A stretch of DNA of 64,000 nt from Ranitomeya imitator (Eukaryota). The DNA is taken from positions 644,800,001 to 644,864,000 of the forward strand of contig NC_091282.1 in NCBI RefSeq assembly GCF_032444005.1, read 5' to 3'. The notes under the pieces were generated by a model that saw nothing but the letters and a program-made list of their open reading frames with translations, did not search any database and had not been told where the DNA came from. This document shows positions 14,391 to 27,269 of the stretch, piece by piece; positions within the stretch are counted from its first letter, which is position 1, and each line of letters begins with the position of its first letter. Both the position numbers and the translations under genes were made by a program.

Positions 14391-16620
14391 CAGCACCCAC
14401 TTCCTGTAGAGTAACAGAGGCTGTCACTACTTCCTGTGGAGTGACATAGACCGGCACCCACTTCCTGTAGAGTAACAGAGGCTGTCACTACTTCCTGTGG
14501 AGTGACATAGACCGGCACCCACTTCCTGTAGAGTAACAGAGGCTGTCACTACTTCCTGTGGAGTGACATAGACCGGCACCCACTTCCTGTAGAGTAACAG
14601 AGGCTGTCACTACTTCCTGTGGAGTGACATAGACCGGCACCCACTTCCTGTAGAGTAACAGAGGCTGTCACTACTTCCTGTGGTGTGACATAGACCGGCA
14701 CCCACTTCCTGTAGAGTAACAGAGGCTGTCACTACTTCCTGTGGAGTGACATAGACCGGCACCCACTTCCTGTAGAGTAACAGAGGCTGTCACTACTTCC
14801 TGTGGAGTGACATAGACCGGCACCCACTTCCTGTAGAGTAACAGAGGCTGTCACTACTTCCTGTGGAGTGACATAGACCGGCACCCACTTCCTGTAGAGT
14901 AACAGAGGCTGTCACTACTTCCTGTGGAGTGACATAGACCGGCACCCACTTCCTGTAGAGTAACAGAGGTTGTCACTACTTCCTGTGGTGTGACATAGAC
15001 CGGCACCCACTTCCTGTAGAGTAACAGAGGCTGTCACTACTTCCTGTGGAGTGACATAGACCGGCACCCACTTCCTGTAGAGTAACAGAGGCTGTCACTA
15101 CTTCCTGTGGAGTGACATAGACCGGCACCCACTTCCTGTAGAGTAACAGAGGCTGTCACTACTTCCTGTGGAGTGACATAGACCGGCACCCACTTCCTGT
15201 AGAGTAACAGAGGCTGTCACTACTTCCTGTGGAGTGACATAGACCGGCACCCACTTCCTGTAGAGTAACAGAGGCTGTCACTACTTCCCGTGGAGTGATA
15301 TAGACCGGTACCCACTTCCTGTAGAGTAACAGAGGCTGTCACTACTTCCCGTGGAGTGACATAGACCGGCACCCACTTCCTGTAGAGTAACAGAGGCTGT
15401 CACTACTTCCTGTGGAGTGACATAGACCGGCACCCACTTCCTGTAGAGTAACAGAGGCTGTCACTACTTCCCGTGGAGTGACATAGACCGGCACCCACTT
15501 CCTGTAGAGTAACAGAGGCTGTCACTACTTCCCGTGGAGTGACATAGACCGGCACCCACTTCCTGTAGAGTAACAGAGGCTGTCACTACTTCCTGTGGTG
15601 TGACATAGACCGGCACCCACTTCCTGTAGAGTAACAGAGGCTGTCACTACTTCCTGTGGAGTGACATAGACCGGCACCCACTTCCTGTAGAGTAACAGAG
15701 GCTGTCACTACTTCCTGTGGAGTGACATAGACCGGCACCCACTTCCTGTAGAGTAACAGAGGCTGTCACTACTTCCTGTGGAGTGACATAGACCGGCACC
15801 CACTTCCTGTAGAGTAACAGAGGCTGTCACTACTTCCTGTGGAGTGACATAGACCGGCACCCACTTCCTGTAGAGTAACAGAGGCTGTCACTACTTCCTG
15901 TGGAGTGACATAGACCGGCACCCACTTCCTGTAGAGTAACAGAGGCTGTCACTACTTCCTGTGGAGTGACATAGACCGGCACCCACTTCCTGTAGAGTAA
16001 CAGAGGCTGTCACTACTTCCTGTGGAGTGACATAGACCGGCACCCACTTCCTGTAGAGTAACAGAGGCTGTCACTACTTCCTGTGGTGTGACATAGACCG
16101 GCACCCACTTCCTGTAGAGTAACAGAGGCTGTCACTACTTCCTGTGGAGTGACATAGACCGGCACCCACTTCCTGTAGAGTAACAGAGGCTGTCACTACT
16201 TCCTGTGGAGTGACATAGACCGGCACCCACTTCCTGTAGAGTAACAGAGGCTGTCACTACTTCCTGTGGAGTGACATAGACCGGCACCCACTTCCTGTAG
16301 AGTAACAGAGGCTGTCACTACTTCCTGTGGAGTGACATAGACCGGCACCCACTTCCTGTAGAGTAACAGAGGCTGTCACTACTTCCTGTGGAGTGACATA
16401 GACCGGCACCCACTTCCTGTAGAGTAACAGAGGCTGTCACTACTTCCTGTGGAGTGACATAGACCGGCACCCACTTCCTGTAGAGTAACAGAGGCTGTCA
16501 CTACTTCCTGTGGAGTGACATAGACCGGCACCCACTTCCTGTAGAGTAACAGAGGCTGTCACTACTTCCTGTGGAGTGACATAGACCGGCACCCACTTCC
16601 TGTAGAGTAACAGAGGCCTG
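14390..16620. repeat. Homogeneous 61-bp (31+30 dimer) tandem array, ~36 copies
   Basis: cacccacttcctgtagagtaacagaggctgtcactacttcctgtggagtgacatagaccgg; the register shifts by 1 nt per 60-nt line. Confidence 0.98.
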
Positions 16621-17362
16621 CTCCCACCTCCTGTAACCCCAGTAACTCTGCCACTAGAGACAGATTAACTTGGAACAGGCTATGTAGAGTAAACAAGACA
16701 GGAAGGGAGCACCTCTTGGTCGGGTACTTTGTATTATTTTTTGGGGGCAAGTCAACATAATTAATGATTTGCAAATATCACATTTATTACATTAGTAATT
16801 TATTAGATTAGTGTAAAGAAGAACTATACCGGTCACCTGACAAAGCACAGGATTCAGTGGTGCTTCCAAAACTCTGTGTCTGAGAACAGCAGAGATCCTA
16901 ACATGTTTTTACAAGAGTATCAGACACTTTGCCCTGAGAAATGGGACCGAAGTGCAGTCCACAAAACGTAATGATTTTCTGTGTTAACACATCTGTGAAC
17001 ATAATCAATGGTGGAGCTCCCTTTTTAATATTAACCATTATAGTGTAAAGCTAGATGTATTGAAAAACTCTGAGGGGTTAACACAAAGTAGTTGGAGGCA
17101 GTCGGATAAGTCTCGCCTGGCACAAGTGTAACGGTAGCTACAACAAAACCTTTTAACCAACTGACATGGATGGGTTTCTGTCTAGGGGGTTGTCAAGAGA
17201 ATCCAGGAAGGAGAACGGGCTGAGCTGTAACAGCGATATTAATCATTTATAGCATCAAACGCGCTTTCCAACCTTTAAAAGCAATGGACCTGTATAAAAA
17301 GCTGTTAAACGTTGGTTGCAATCCAGCAACTTCACAAAAAGAAGGATGCAGCGGGGACTTAA

Positions 17363-18181
17363 AGGGAACCTGTCACCCCGTTTTTTGAGATTGAGCTATA
17401 AATACTGTTAAATAGGGCCTGCGCTGTGTGTTCCTATAGTGTATGTAGTGTACCCCGATTCCCTATGTATGCTGAGAAATAACTTACCAAAGTCGCCGTT
17501 TTCGCCTGTCAATCAGGCTGGTCAGGTCGGCAGGGCGTGGTGACATCGCTGGTTCTTCCTCAGCTTTACGTTGGTGGCGTAGTGGCGTAGTGGTGAACAA
17601 GCAGCGCGCGATCTGCGCTGTAATCCCTTGCATCGGTGGGGGCGGCCATCTTCCTGGGGCCGCGCGTGCGCAGATCGAGTGCTCTGCTGCACGGGGCTTC
17701 AGGAAAATGGCCGCGGGATGCCGCGCGTGCGCATTAGAGATCGCGGCGGCCATTTTCCCAAAGCCGAGTTTGCATCTCGGCTTTGGGAAAATGGCCGCCG
17801 CGATCTCTAATGCGCACGCGCGGCATCCCGCGGCCATTTTCCTGAAGCCCCGTGCAGCAGAGCACTCGATCTGTGCACGCGCGACCCCAGGAAGATGGCC
17901 GCCCCCACCGATGCAAGGGATTACAGCGCAGATCGCGCACTGCTTGTTCACCACTACGCCACTACGCCACCAACGTAAAGCTGAGGAAGAACCACCGATG
18001 TCACCACGCCCTCCCGACCTGACCAGCCTGATTGACAGGCGAAAACGGCGACTTTGGTAAGTTATTTCTCAGCATACATGGGGAATCGGGGTACACTACA
18101 TACACTATAGGAACACACAGCGCAGGCCCTATTTAACAGTATTTATAGCTCAATCTCAAAAAACGGGGTGACAGGTTCCCT
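17363..18181. mobile_element. Near-perfect palindromic T2/Kolobok-like MITE (~820 bp)
   Basis: TTAA TSD (17359-62, 18182-85), AGGGAACCTGTCA termini, ~400-bp inverted arms; mirror-image 156-aa ORFs on both strands. Confidence 0.95.
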
Positions 18182-20079
18182 TTAACAGTTAGAGCGATGG
18201 AAACAAGTGGCTATCGCTCTTCTGTCATTTTCAGGCTATGGATAGATATTAGTTAGAATCAATTACATATATATACAATCTGCAGCTTGTCGCTAAAACC
18301 TACAGTTGACGGCAAGGCCGCTTGATTATTTCTGTATGATATAATTATTAATACCATTGCTGCTCTGTAACTTGTCATCCACTCTTTGACAGTACGTTGT
18401 TCCTTTTCATCAGTATACTGCCAGTATTATAGGTGCTGGAACTTCCTTTCCTTTGTGTTGTAACTCTTCTTGACTGGCTTACTTGAACTAAATTTAAAGT
18501 GCACCTCTCTGTTATGTCTGTATGAAGTTTGTCTCTCTACTCCTGTACCCCTGTCTTGTGAAAACCTACCTCCACTTCCTGTAAAGATGAAAAGATCCCC
18601 CCCACACACAATTTGTAGAATGATAACAACCTTTCCCCACTTCCTAGAGAGTCCACATCAGGACTCTTCCCTATGATTTTCTATGGTCAGATTACGTTAA
18701 CAGCACTCGGCTGGTGAGAGTATTAACTAAAGTAATTATATATGGTAATTTTTTTTTTACGAGGTGGAAATGCCACATTCTCCTGAATCCGATAATACTT
18801 GTGTTTTGTTCCTGCAATTCCCTGTTCCCAAGATATAGCCTTCTCTTCTCCATCTATAAATCTAGTATTTTTAGCCAACTAGGTGTGATCCTTAAGAGGA
18901 TGCCCATAGAGAACAGTTGAGGACTACACCCACTTGGCTAAAGAGACTAGATTTAGATACAGGGAATAGAATGCCATATGTCAGGAATGGAGAGGCGCAG
19001 GAAGAAGAGAAAAAGATCACCGGATTTAGAAGAACAGCAGCATTGACACAGCGTCAAAAATTACCTATTTAAGAGGTGTCAGGTTCTCTTTAAATGGTGT
19101 TTAGTGACCATAACTAGACAAAATATTCACACCGAGTATAAATATTAATGAGTTATATGGAGCAGAATGGGGACATATCCTATAAAGTTTTTTTGGGCAC
19201 TTCTTATCTCCACCCTTGTCTCATCTCCTTGGAGTGGAGCAAAATCCTCCCTGACAAATGAGTAAAATGATCTCGTAACACTAATGGTAAGAGCCATAGA
19301 CAGAGCAGATTTGGAAAATAGCTTTACGTGTAACCGTTCCCCGGGTGGTTGTTCTCTAATGTGAGACTACAACCATTTCCTAACAAGCACTCGTTCAGCT
19401 CCTCATCCTGGGAATTGTCTTTGTCTCGGTTTTTTTTTTTTTTGCCTTTCTTTTTTTATTGCCTTGTTACAAAACCCAGCTCTGTGCATTGGTGGAAATG
19501 AAGCAACAGCTCTGAGGGCATCGCTTCAGCCAGACACATGGAGACTCCCAGGGTTTTCCTATGATATCACTAGTCTGAGTCTGTGCTAGTATCTCAGCCT
19601 AGGCCCGCACATTGCAGATTGGTTCTAAAACACCAATATACGGCAATAAGACTATATTTGTATAGTGCCATTTTGCCTGGTAGTCCATAGCTGGTAGATA
19701 CATCTGTAAGGACATATTTACGCCCCCAGCCTATACTGTATATGTTCTTGTGTGCTTTGTAGACTATGCTAAACAATGGAGGTCTTAATATGGTTTCCCA
19801 AGACTGATAAACTGATGGCATATCCATAAAATAGGTTATTAATGTGAGATAGATGGAGGATGGACGTCTGGCTCCCCCCCCAGCTGAAAATCGTTCCGGG
19901 AACACAGCAGCCTCTTATATTACTTAGTGGTCATTGATGAGTACTGCGCTTTATCTCCCATTCGCTTGGGGGTCCGATGTCTAACACCCCCACCGATGAG
20001 CCAGAAAATGCTCCATCAGAAGCTGGCATAAGCAATGTATGGTGCTGAAGCTCCCACTCACTAGGAATAGCATTTGGTC

Positions 20080-20775
20080 ATGATTAAGAGTTAGTGTAGC
20101 TCAAAACGCATTGACCGTTATCATGTTTTTTTGTTCTTTTTTTCCTTTTCATGTTTTAAATCTACTAATAATTGTGAAGCTTAATGACTTTTGCGGTCGC
20201 TGAATTTTCCCACTTTCTTACCCCCTGACGAAGGAAAATTTCCAAAACGCGCGTCGGGGTGCGCTAACACAGGACGTGGCGGCTTATTCAGGTAGATATC
20301 AAGTAATCTTTCCCCCCCTCAGTTTGCACTTAGCACTTTTTTTGTCATTTAAAGACCTGCTATATATTGAGGCAGCGCCACTTTACACTTTGCACTTTGG
20401 ATTTGATTGATTGCTGCATCTGGAATGCTTTTGGCACTTGCAATTATATGAATTTTATAGTTTTATATTCACATTAGTTTCAGATATGAATTGCTGCTTT
20501 GCACATTGCACTTTTTTGTTTTTTTTCTGCCATTTTTTGCACTATTTACACCTGAGGGACATATGCATATATGAATTTGGTCGACCAGTAATAAATTGTG
20601 AAACAACGATATATGTTGTTTTCTGTCCTCTTATGCGCAGCGCACAGATACTTGTTGTTTTATTGTAGTTTCTGCCATCTTAATTAAATAAAGGCATTTT
20701 TATAATCTATTCCTGTGTGGTGCCTCCCTGGCAATCCGTAGATTGGTTGTTGTGTTGTCCTTCCATTTTCTTCAG
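20080..20775 (+). mobile_element. Penelope-like (pLTR-derived) fragment
   Basis: Hammerhead-like core at 20225, remnant aaacgcattga at ~20103, AATAAA...GTGCC tail at ~20688-20725; lies between inverted arms of an older MITE; TSD not found. Confidence 0.5.
20219..20261 (+). ncRNA. Type I hammerhead ribozyme-like motif with G12>A substitution
   Basis: tacccc-CTGACGA-a-GGAAaatTTCC-AAAA-CGCGCG-TC-ggggtg: stem I 6 bp, stem II, palindromic stem III, GUC site; GAAA is replaced by AAAA. Confidence 0.65.
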
Positions 20776-22479
20776 GTGAGCATTGCCTGGTAGTGAATGG
20801 GAGTAAAAGCGCAGTACCCATCCGCGACCATCACCGCTTACATCCAGCCTGTGCTGGATCGCTAATGGTGTCGGACCCCCACTACTCTCTTATTAATGGC
20901 TTATAAGAAGGGTTCGCCATCAATGTGTCAGTCTTGGACAATCCTTTTATTGGTAATTATCTAATAAAACATGGACCCCACATTGTAGGAGGTTCTCAGC
21001 CTTTGGACAATCCCCACTTGATAGAAAAGAGTCTCTGTACATTAAGAACATAGCAGTAAATATTTGATTTCTCACCAGCGCTACCTCTGGGAAAGTGAAG
21101 AATTACACCATGTTCATTCACATGAAAGTGAATATGTCAGCACGTTTTTGCTATGTAATCTGAGAGCATCATGATGTAGGGACAGAGACCCCCGATTCCA
21201 GCAATGTATTACTAGACTTGGGTTTGCTGTTTCAATAGAATAAGAGTTTTAACAGCAGTAGATTATCGCTACAGGACTAGGTGTCTCGTGCCACCTAGTC
21301 CAACCATGCCCCATCTCTGATTGGCAGATTTCTGTACAGTGTACATAGCAGCCAATCACTGGTGTGGGCGGGGTTATATGGGGCTCAGCATTCAGAGCGC
21401 TGCTAGATCTGTAGCAGAGAAAACTGATTGTATCACAACTGCTGCACCCAGTACATTAAGTGATACATCACTGGAATCAGCATCTCAGTCCCTACATCAT
21501 ACTGGAGTAGTTTTGCATTACTACTTGATCTAACCATGTTGTACATTTCGACAGGTTACCGTAAGCCACCTCTCCGCACCTGTCAGGTATTTCCCTGCTT
21601 TATGCTTAGTAGAGAAAATACATTTGTATCTTGGGGAAAAAGAAATCCAAAATTGCTCTTGTGCTGTCAATTATCAAACCTCAGCGTTCGCCGCTCCATT
21701 TTTAACTGTAAAGCGCAAATATATATACACTTCAGCATTTTGGAAAAAACATGACCGGGAGCAAAATATAACTGACAGTCTTATGCAAATGCCGGTAAGG
21801 TACAGCTTTCGGGTAAGAAAAAAAAAAAAGAAAAAACCTTCTCTTTGTGGAAATGCGTCGGTAAGCGCCAGAGGATCAGGATTCATTAGGGCTGATGAGA
21901 GTGACGGGAGGAGGTGGGGGGATGAATGGAGACAGGCTGTGGACTTGGGAAAGAGTTCCTGCATAAATTGAAGCTTTATTTCTGCCAGAGATAGTGTCTA
22001 CTGCCATTGCAAAACTGAGCGCGAAGATATTAACCTCTTCTTAGCCTGGAAGGATGCAAGGACTATCATAAAGTCAAGAGGGTTGCACTTTGCTTCTGTC
22101 TACTGCCTGGAATGGGTCATGTAGGTGGAGCCAAGTGATGGAATTCCCGCCAGGAGGATGGGCCTCATCGAGAGCTCTCCCGCTAATAGGTCATTGGTAC
22201 CACTTTATGCAACCAGACCAGAACACAAAAATCAAATGCATCATATAATAAAATGTAATACCTCACTTGATCTGCAGGTGGCCGAACCCATTGGCGATCA
22301 ACTGATCACTCTGTGAAATTTTTTTAAGGGTTTTTTCAAGCCTGAAAAAGTCATTGTGTGCATAGCAGGAGAACTTTCTCACGCGTGCGGTGCCCTCAGA
22401 TAGGGAATAGAAGTTCACAGAGAGATACGGTGCTCAGTGTGTCTACTGGATGACAGGCTGCATGGTCGCATCATGCAGC

Positions 22480-24922
22480 CTGCCATCTAGATGTAGCAGT
22501 GCTGGACTCGTTGTGGGACAAATGGATAAAAAGCATCTCTGTGGAAAGGTGAAGAATACAGTTGTTTGGTTTTTTAACCTCTTTTGCAGATGACGAGGGC
22601 ATTGGGGGAATAGGCGAGGTCGTATGTATGGTTTAATTAAGAATATTAAAATATTAAAGGAGTCTGTGTCTTTCCTTCAATTAAAGGACTTTTTTCTCGG
22701 TGTCTGTTTTCTTACAATGTGACTATGGGGTTAGTAATGGGGGCATCTTATTGAAGCCTCTACATTACTAACCTTGAGGATATCACCTAACATTGCCATC
22801 AACCCCCCAACTATCACCCCATTTGACACCGCTACAGGGCAAGTGGGAAGAATGAGGCTAACTGCCAGAATTGGCGCATCTAAGAGATGCGCCTTTTCTG
22901 GGGCGGATGAGAGTTGATGTTTTTAGCCTGGGGACCAGTATCCATGGCCCCTTCCTAGGCTATTAATATCAGCTTGCAGCTGTCTTCATAGCCTTTGCTG
23001 GTTATTAATTATGGGGGACCCCACGTCATTTTTTTTGGGTCCCCCATTTTAATAGCCATTGAAGGCTAATTATACAGCTGTGAGCTGATATTAATAGCCT
23101 GGGAAGCTCCATGGGTATTACCCCCTTCACAGGCTATAAACATCTGCCCTCCCTCTGCAGTTTACGAAAATTGCTTGGGAGCCCACGCCATTTTTTTCAA
23201 AAAAATAATCTTTTTATTAATTAAATATATGTACAGTAAGCTGCACACACACTGCACTAATTGTATTTGTCACTCACATTTGTATATCTACAAATTCTAT
23301 TTGTATTCACTGAATGTAATCCATTTCTTCTATCCTGTCGGCTCCTGCAGTGATTTTACAGAACACGGCAGATGAATTACCGGCTTTTCTTATATCTATG
23401 TAATATCTACTATATAATTGTCTAAGGGTCACTTCCGTCTGTCCTTCTGTCTGTCTGTCTGTCAAGGATATTCATTGGTCGCGGCCTCTGTCTGTCATGG
23501 AAATCCAAGTCGCTGATTGGTTGTTGCAAAACGCCCAGGACCATTGCCACAACCAATCAGCGACAGGCACAGTCAGTCGGCAAAATGGCCGCTTCTTCCT
23601 CCCCGCAGTCAGTGCCCGCTCCATACTCTCCTCCAGTCAGCCCTCATACAGGGTTAATAGCAGCGTTAATGGACCGCGTTATGCCGCGGTGTAATGCACT
23701 CTATTAACGCAGCTATTAACCCTGTGTGACCAACTTTTTACTATTGATGCTGTGTATGCAGCATCAATAGTAAAACGATCTAATGTTAAAAATAATAATA
23801 ATTAAAAAAAAAGGTTATTCTCACCCTCCGACGTGGCGCTGTCCTCGGCAGTGCAAGCGGCACGTTTCGGTGCTAAGGATGCTATGCGAGAAGGACTTTC
23901 CATGAAGTCACGGTCATGTGACTGCGACGTCATCACAGGTCCTGAGCTCATACCAACCCTAGGACTGGAAGCTGCCGCGTGCACCGCACACAGGTGCCAG
24001 GACTTCAATTGGCCTTCGGAAGGTGAGTATATGTTTATTTTTTATTTTAAGTCTTTTTAAACCATGCATATAGTGCCCACACTGCTATATGCTACGTGGG
24101 CTGTGTTACATACTGCGTAGGCTGCGTTATATACTACATAGCTGCTATGTACTACGTGGGCAGTGTTATATACTATGTGGGCAATGTTATATACTGCGTG
24201 GGCTGTGTTATATACTACATGGCTGCTATATACTACGTGGGCAGTGTTATATACTATGTGGGCAGTGTTATATACTGTGTGGGCTGCGTTATATACTGCA
24301 TGGCTGCTATATACTACGTGGCCAGTGTCATATACTATGTGGGCAATGTTATGTACTGCGTGGGCTGTGTTATATACTGTTTGGGCTGTGTTATATACTG
24401 CGTGGCCTATATTAACGTATCGGGTATTCAAGAATATGTTGCGGCCTGTGCTATATACTATGTGGCTGCTATATACATACATATTCTAGAATACCCGATG
24501 CGTTAGAATCGGGCCACCATCTAGTAAATACATATATATATGTGTGTCACTGACATCTATATACATATGTATTCTATGTATATATACAGTATCTATTCTA
24601 TTCTAACCTGTCACTCTGATTTTACTGAATGCAGCAAATAAATTGCCGGCCTTTCAAATAACACCAGTGCGTAAAAATCGGACAGCACTCGCATGGTCCA
24701 AGTGCTGTGTGATTTTTTTCTCACACCCATAGGCTTGTATTGGCGAGTCTCAGCTGAGTCTCGGTGACAATCGCAGCATGCTGTGATCTTACACACAAGC
24801 TGAATACACCAGAGAAAATAAACGATGATGTGAGCTGCCCCATAGATTAACACTGGTCCAAGTGCTATGTGATGTTTTCTCGCATAGCACTTGTAAGTAT
24901 TCTATGGTAGTGTGATCCCGCC
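22480..24922. mobile_element. Degenerate Harbinger-like element related to 1311-2594, interrupted by a Helitron
   Basis: Shared internal blocks (gatgcgccttttctgggg..., gggagcccacgcca, aattgccggc); right end gtgtgatcccgccc-taa; left end approximate. Confidence 0.55.
23406..24524 (+). mobile_element. Non-autonomous Helitron
   Basis: Inserted between A (23405) and T (24525); starts TC(TACTATATAA), ends CTAG; hairpin cccgat-N8-atcggg ~11 nt before the end; no TSD; internal minisatellite ~24080-24480. Confidence 0.85.
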
Positions 24923-24924
24923 CT

Positions 24925-25320
24925 AAGTGTATGTGCACACTGAGTCTTTTTACTGAGTTTTTGGAGCTAAAGCTGTAAGTTTTAGAGAAGTTTTTATTGG
25001 TGGAGGATTTTGAGAGTTTCTGCTTAGTTTCTGTTCCAAAAGCTCCAAAAAAAAGCTCCCCTCTGTGTGCATATATTCTAAGGGTATACTTTTTTTAAGC
25101 AGACTTTAAAGAAGATTTTCCTCTAGAATCCACATAAAAATTGCTTCAAATAACTATTTAAATACATGATTGGGCTTTGAGCACACAGGGTCTTTTTGCA
25201 GAGTGTTCAGAGTAGAACTTCCATGTTTTTTGAGGAATTTTGAGTATTTGAGGAGGATTTGGAGAGTTTCCGTTCGGTTTCTATTCTTAAAAACTCCTTA
25301 AAAAATCAGTGTGGACACAG
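24925..25320. mobile_element. Degenerate Harbinger-like MITE
   Basis: taa-gtgtatgtgcacactga ... tcagtgtggacacagc. Confidence 0.5.
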
Positions 25321-27269
25321 CTGGACAAAGTGCTGTTTTTCGCCATGTAAAAAGAAAGCTACATGTCCATTCCTGAGGCTTTGCTGTTTGAAAAATGTGC
25401 CATTGAATCAAGTGAAGCAGAAAAACTGCCCATACACGTCAAAATACCCATAGGAAAAAAACTGTGGTTTGACGCTTTTTTTTTCACATGGATATTTTTG
25501 TTTGAAAATTACACATAAAAAAACTCCATGTGAATATACCGAAACCAGTGAAATACAGAGCGACGGCATCCATATCTTGCTTTCAGGTACTGACACCTTT
25601 TAGAGACACAATCTAAGGTGCTGAAAGCATGGGTAGACTTGTGACCATCCAGAAAAAAAAAAGCCAAACCAAACACCTCATCAGGAAGATTTGTCGGCCC
25701 GTAAAGACGTCGCAGCCTATGAAGTAATGTGTTTTCACGTCCCGGTCAAGTAAGAAATATAGAGAAAGACGTGGAACTGCACAGCAAGGATGAAGGAGGG
25801 GCGCAGAGTGAGTAAAGAGAGGGGATTAATCCTGATTTAAGCACTTAGGCTGTAGGAAAAAAAGCAAAAAAATAAAATAATAATAAAAAAAAACTCCTGA
25901 AAATAGAAGATATTTCTCTGCAGGGATTAGCCCTGAGCTGTAGATTTTTTTTTCTCCTTGGCAAGACCAAGGTAAGAGAGGGCTGGATTTAGTCAAATAA
26001 AAAGCAGTGTAAGATTAATTTCCAGCTGTTTCGGGTTTATTGTGGCTGGGGGAGGCGGGAGGGAAATCGGCGACGTAAGCTGCTTTTGTGTGTAAATGTG
26101 TGTGTCGTTCTGCTGATGATTTTTCTGTCCTGAGAAATAAGTTGCATTTTTCTTTCGTCTTGGAGATGGAGGATCGAAAAAATAACCCAGAGACGATGAC
26201 ACGGAAAACTGAAAAGCCGTACATGGCGGTTTATTTGGTTGCCCTTCAGCTATGTCAGCTGTGCGTCGTCATGAGGTAACTCTGGATTGGATTACACATT
26301 GTCGGCTTGGCAAATTCTGATAGAAAAAAATGAAAATGGCTGCTGCTCCGTAGCCAAAGAGATACACTCAGAGCAATGGGGATTTCCTAGCATGTGAAAT
26401 TTGAAGTTTCTCAAGAAATCATGAAGAAATTTGGAGCCCTGTTAATAGCAACAACCGTGGAAGACAGATAAAAAGCGGCCATCTTGTGTGACAGGTTCCA
26501 GCAGGCTGTATTCACCCACATCTGACAGAAAAATGGCTGCCAAATAATACAGAGAGCCAGTAGAACTTCTTTATAAAGCTGCAAGGCGGGATGGCGTCCT
26601 CCATGCTGATGCCAGAGAGACTTGGCAGAAAACGGCTGCCATTTTGTTTGAAGAAGACAAATACAGCTGACCACACGTTACTTGAGTTGCACGGTCTCAC
26701 CCCCGTAACCTCCCCGAGCAATATTCTTCCAACTCTGGTTCAGGTCTTGGCTCCTGTCCATTGAGCTGGCTGGCGTCGTGTCCGCGAACAAAGGCCGTAT
26801 ATAAAAAGAAATTAACTGCACTCTTGCATATCAGAGAAAAAAAAGCCTCTGCCCCCATGATGCTCGCAGGATTGTAAATCCTTTTTTTCTCTGCTTAAAT
26901 GCACATTTACGTAAAGCCACACTTTATAGGAACGATTCTCGGAAAAAGAGGATGGAGAATGAAGGATCTTTTGTCACAGGAATTACACTGCTCCCTGTGC
27001 CAGATAGTCACTTTTTGATAAAGTTAGTACTTGGATACAAAAAAAGACATTTTAATTTTTTTTAACCAATATACAATCCCAGGTTTTACCTTTCTTTACA
27101 TAGTTGTGTATCACAATGCCAAAAATATTAATTTCTATTAAATCTAAATAGAAGAAGTTAGCTACTTCCTAACACAGTGATGCCATCATCAAATGATGTA
27201 ATTATCACTCACCCCTCCAAAAACAATCTGGTTGCCCTATAGGCTGTGAAGGCTGTGGCCTGCCTGATC

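Noticed and set aside
14390-16620. CRISPR-like regular repeats (also considered at 27.3, 45-48 and 62.6 kb)
   Set aside because: Units are contiguous with no unique spacers, there are no cas genes, and the context is eukaryotic
17484-18060. Pair of 156-aa ORFs on opposite strands (also 46318-46818)
   Set aside because: Mirror images produced by a GC-rich DNA palindrome in a MITE
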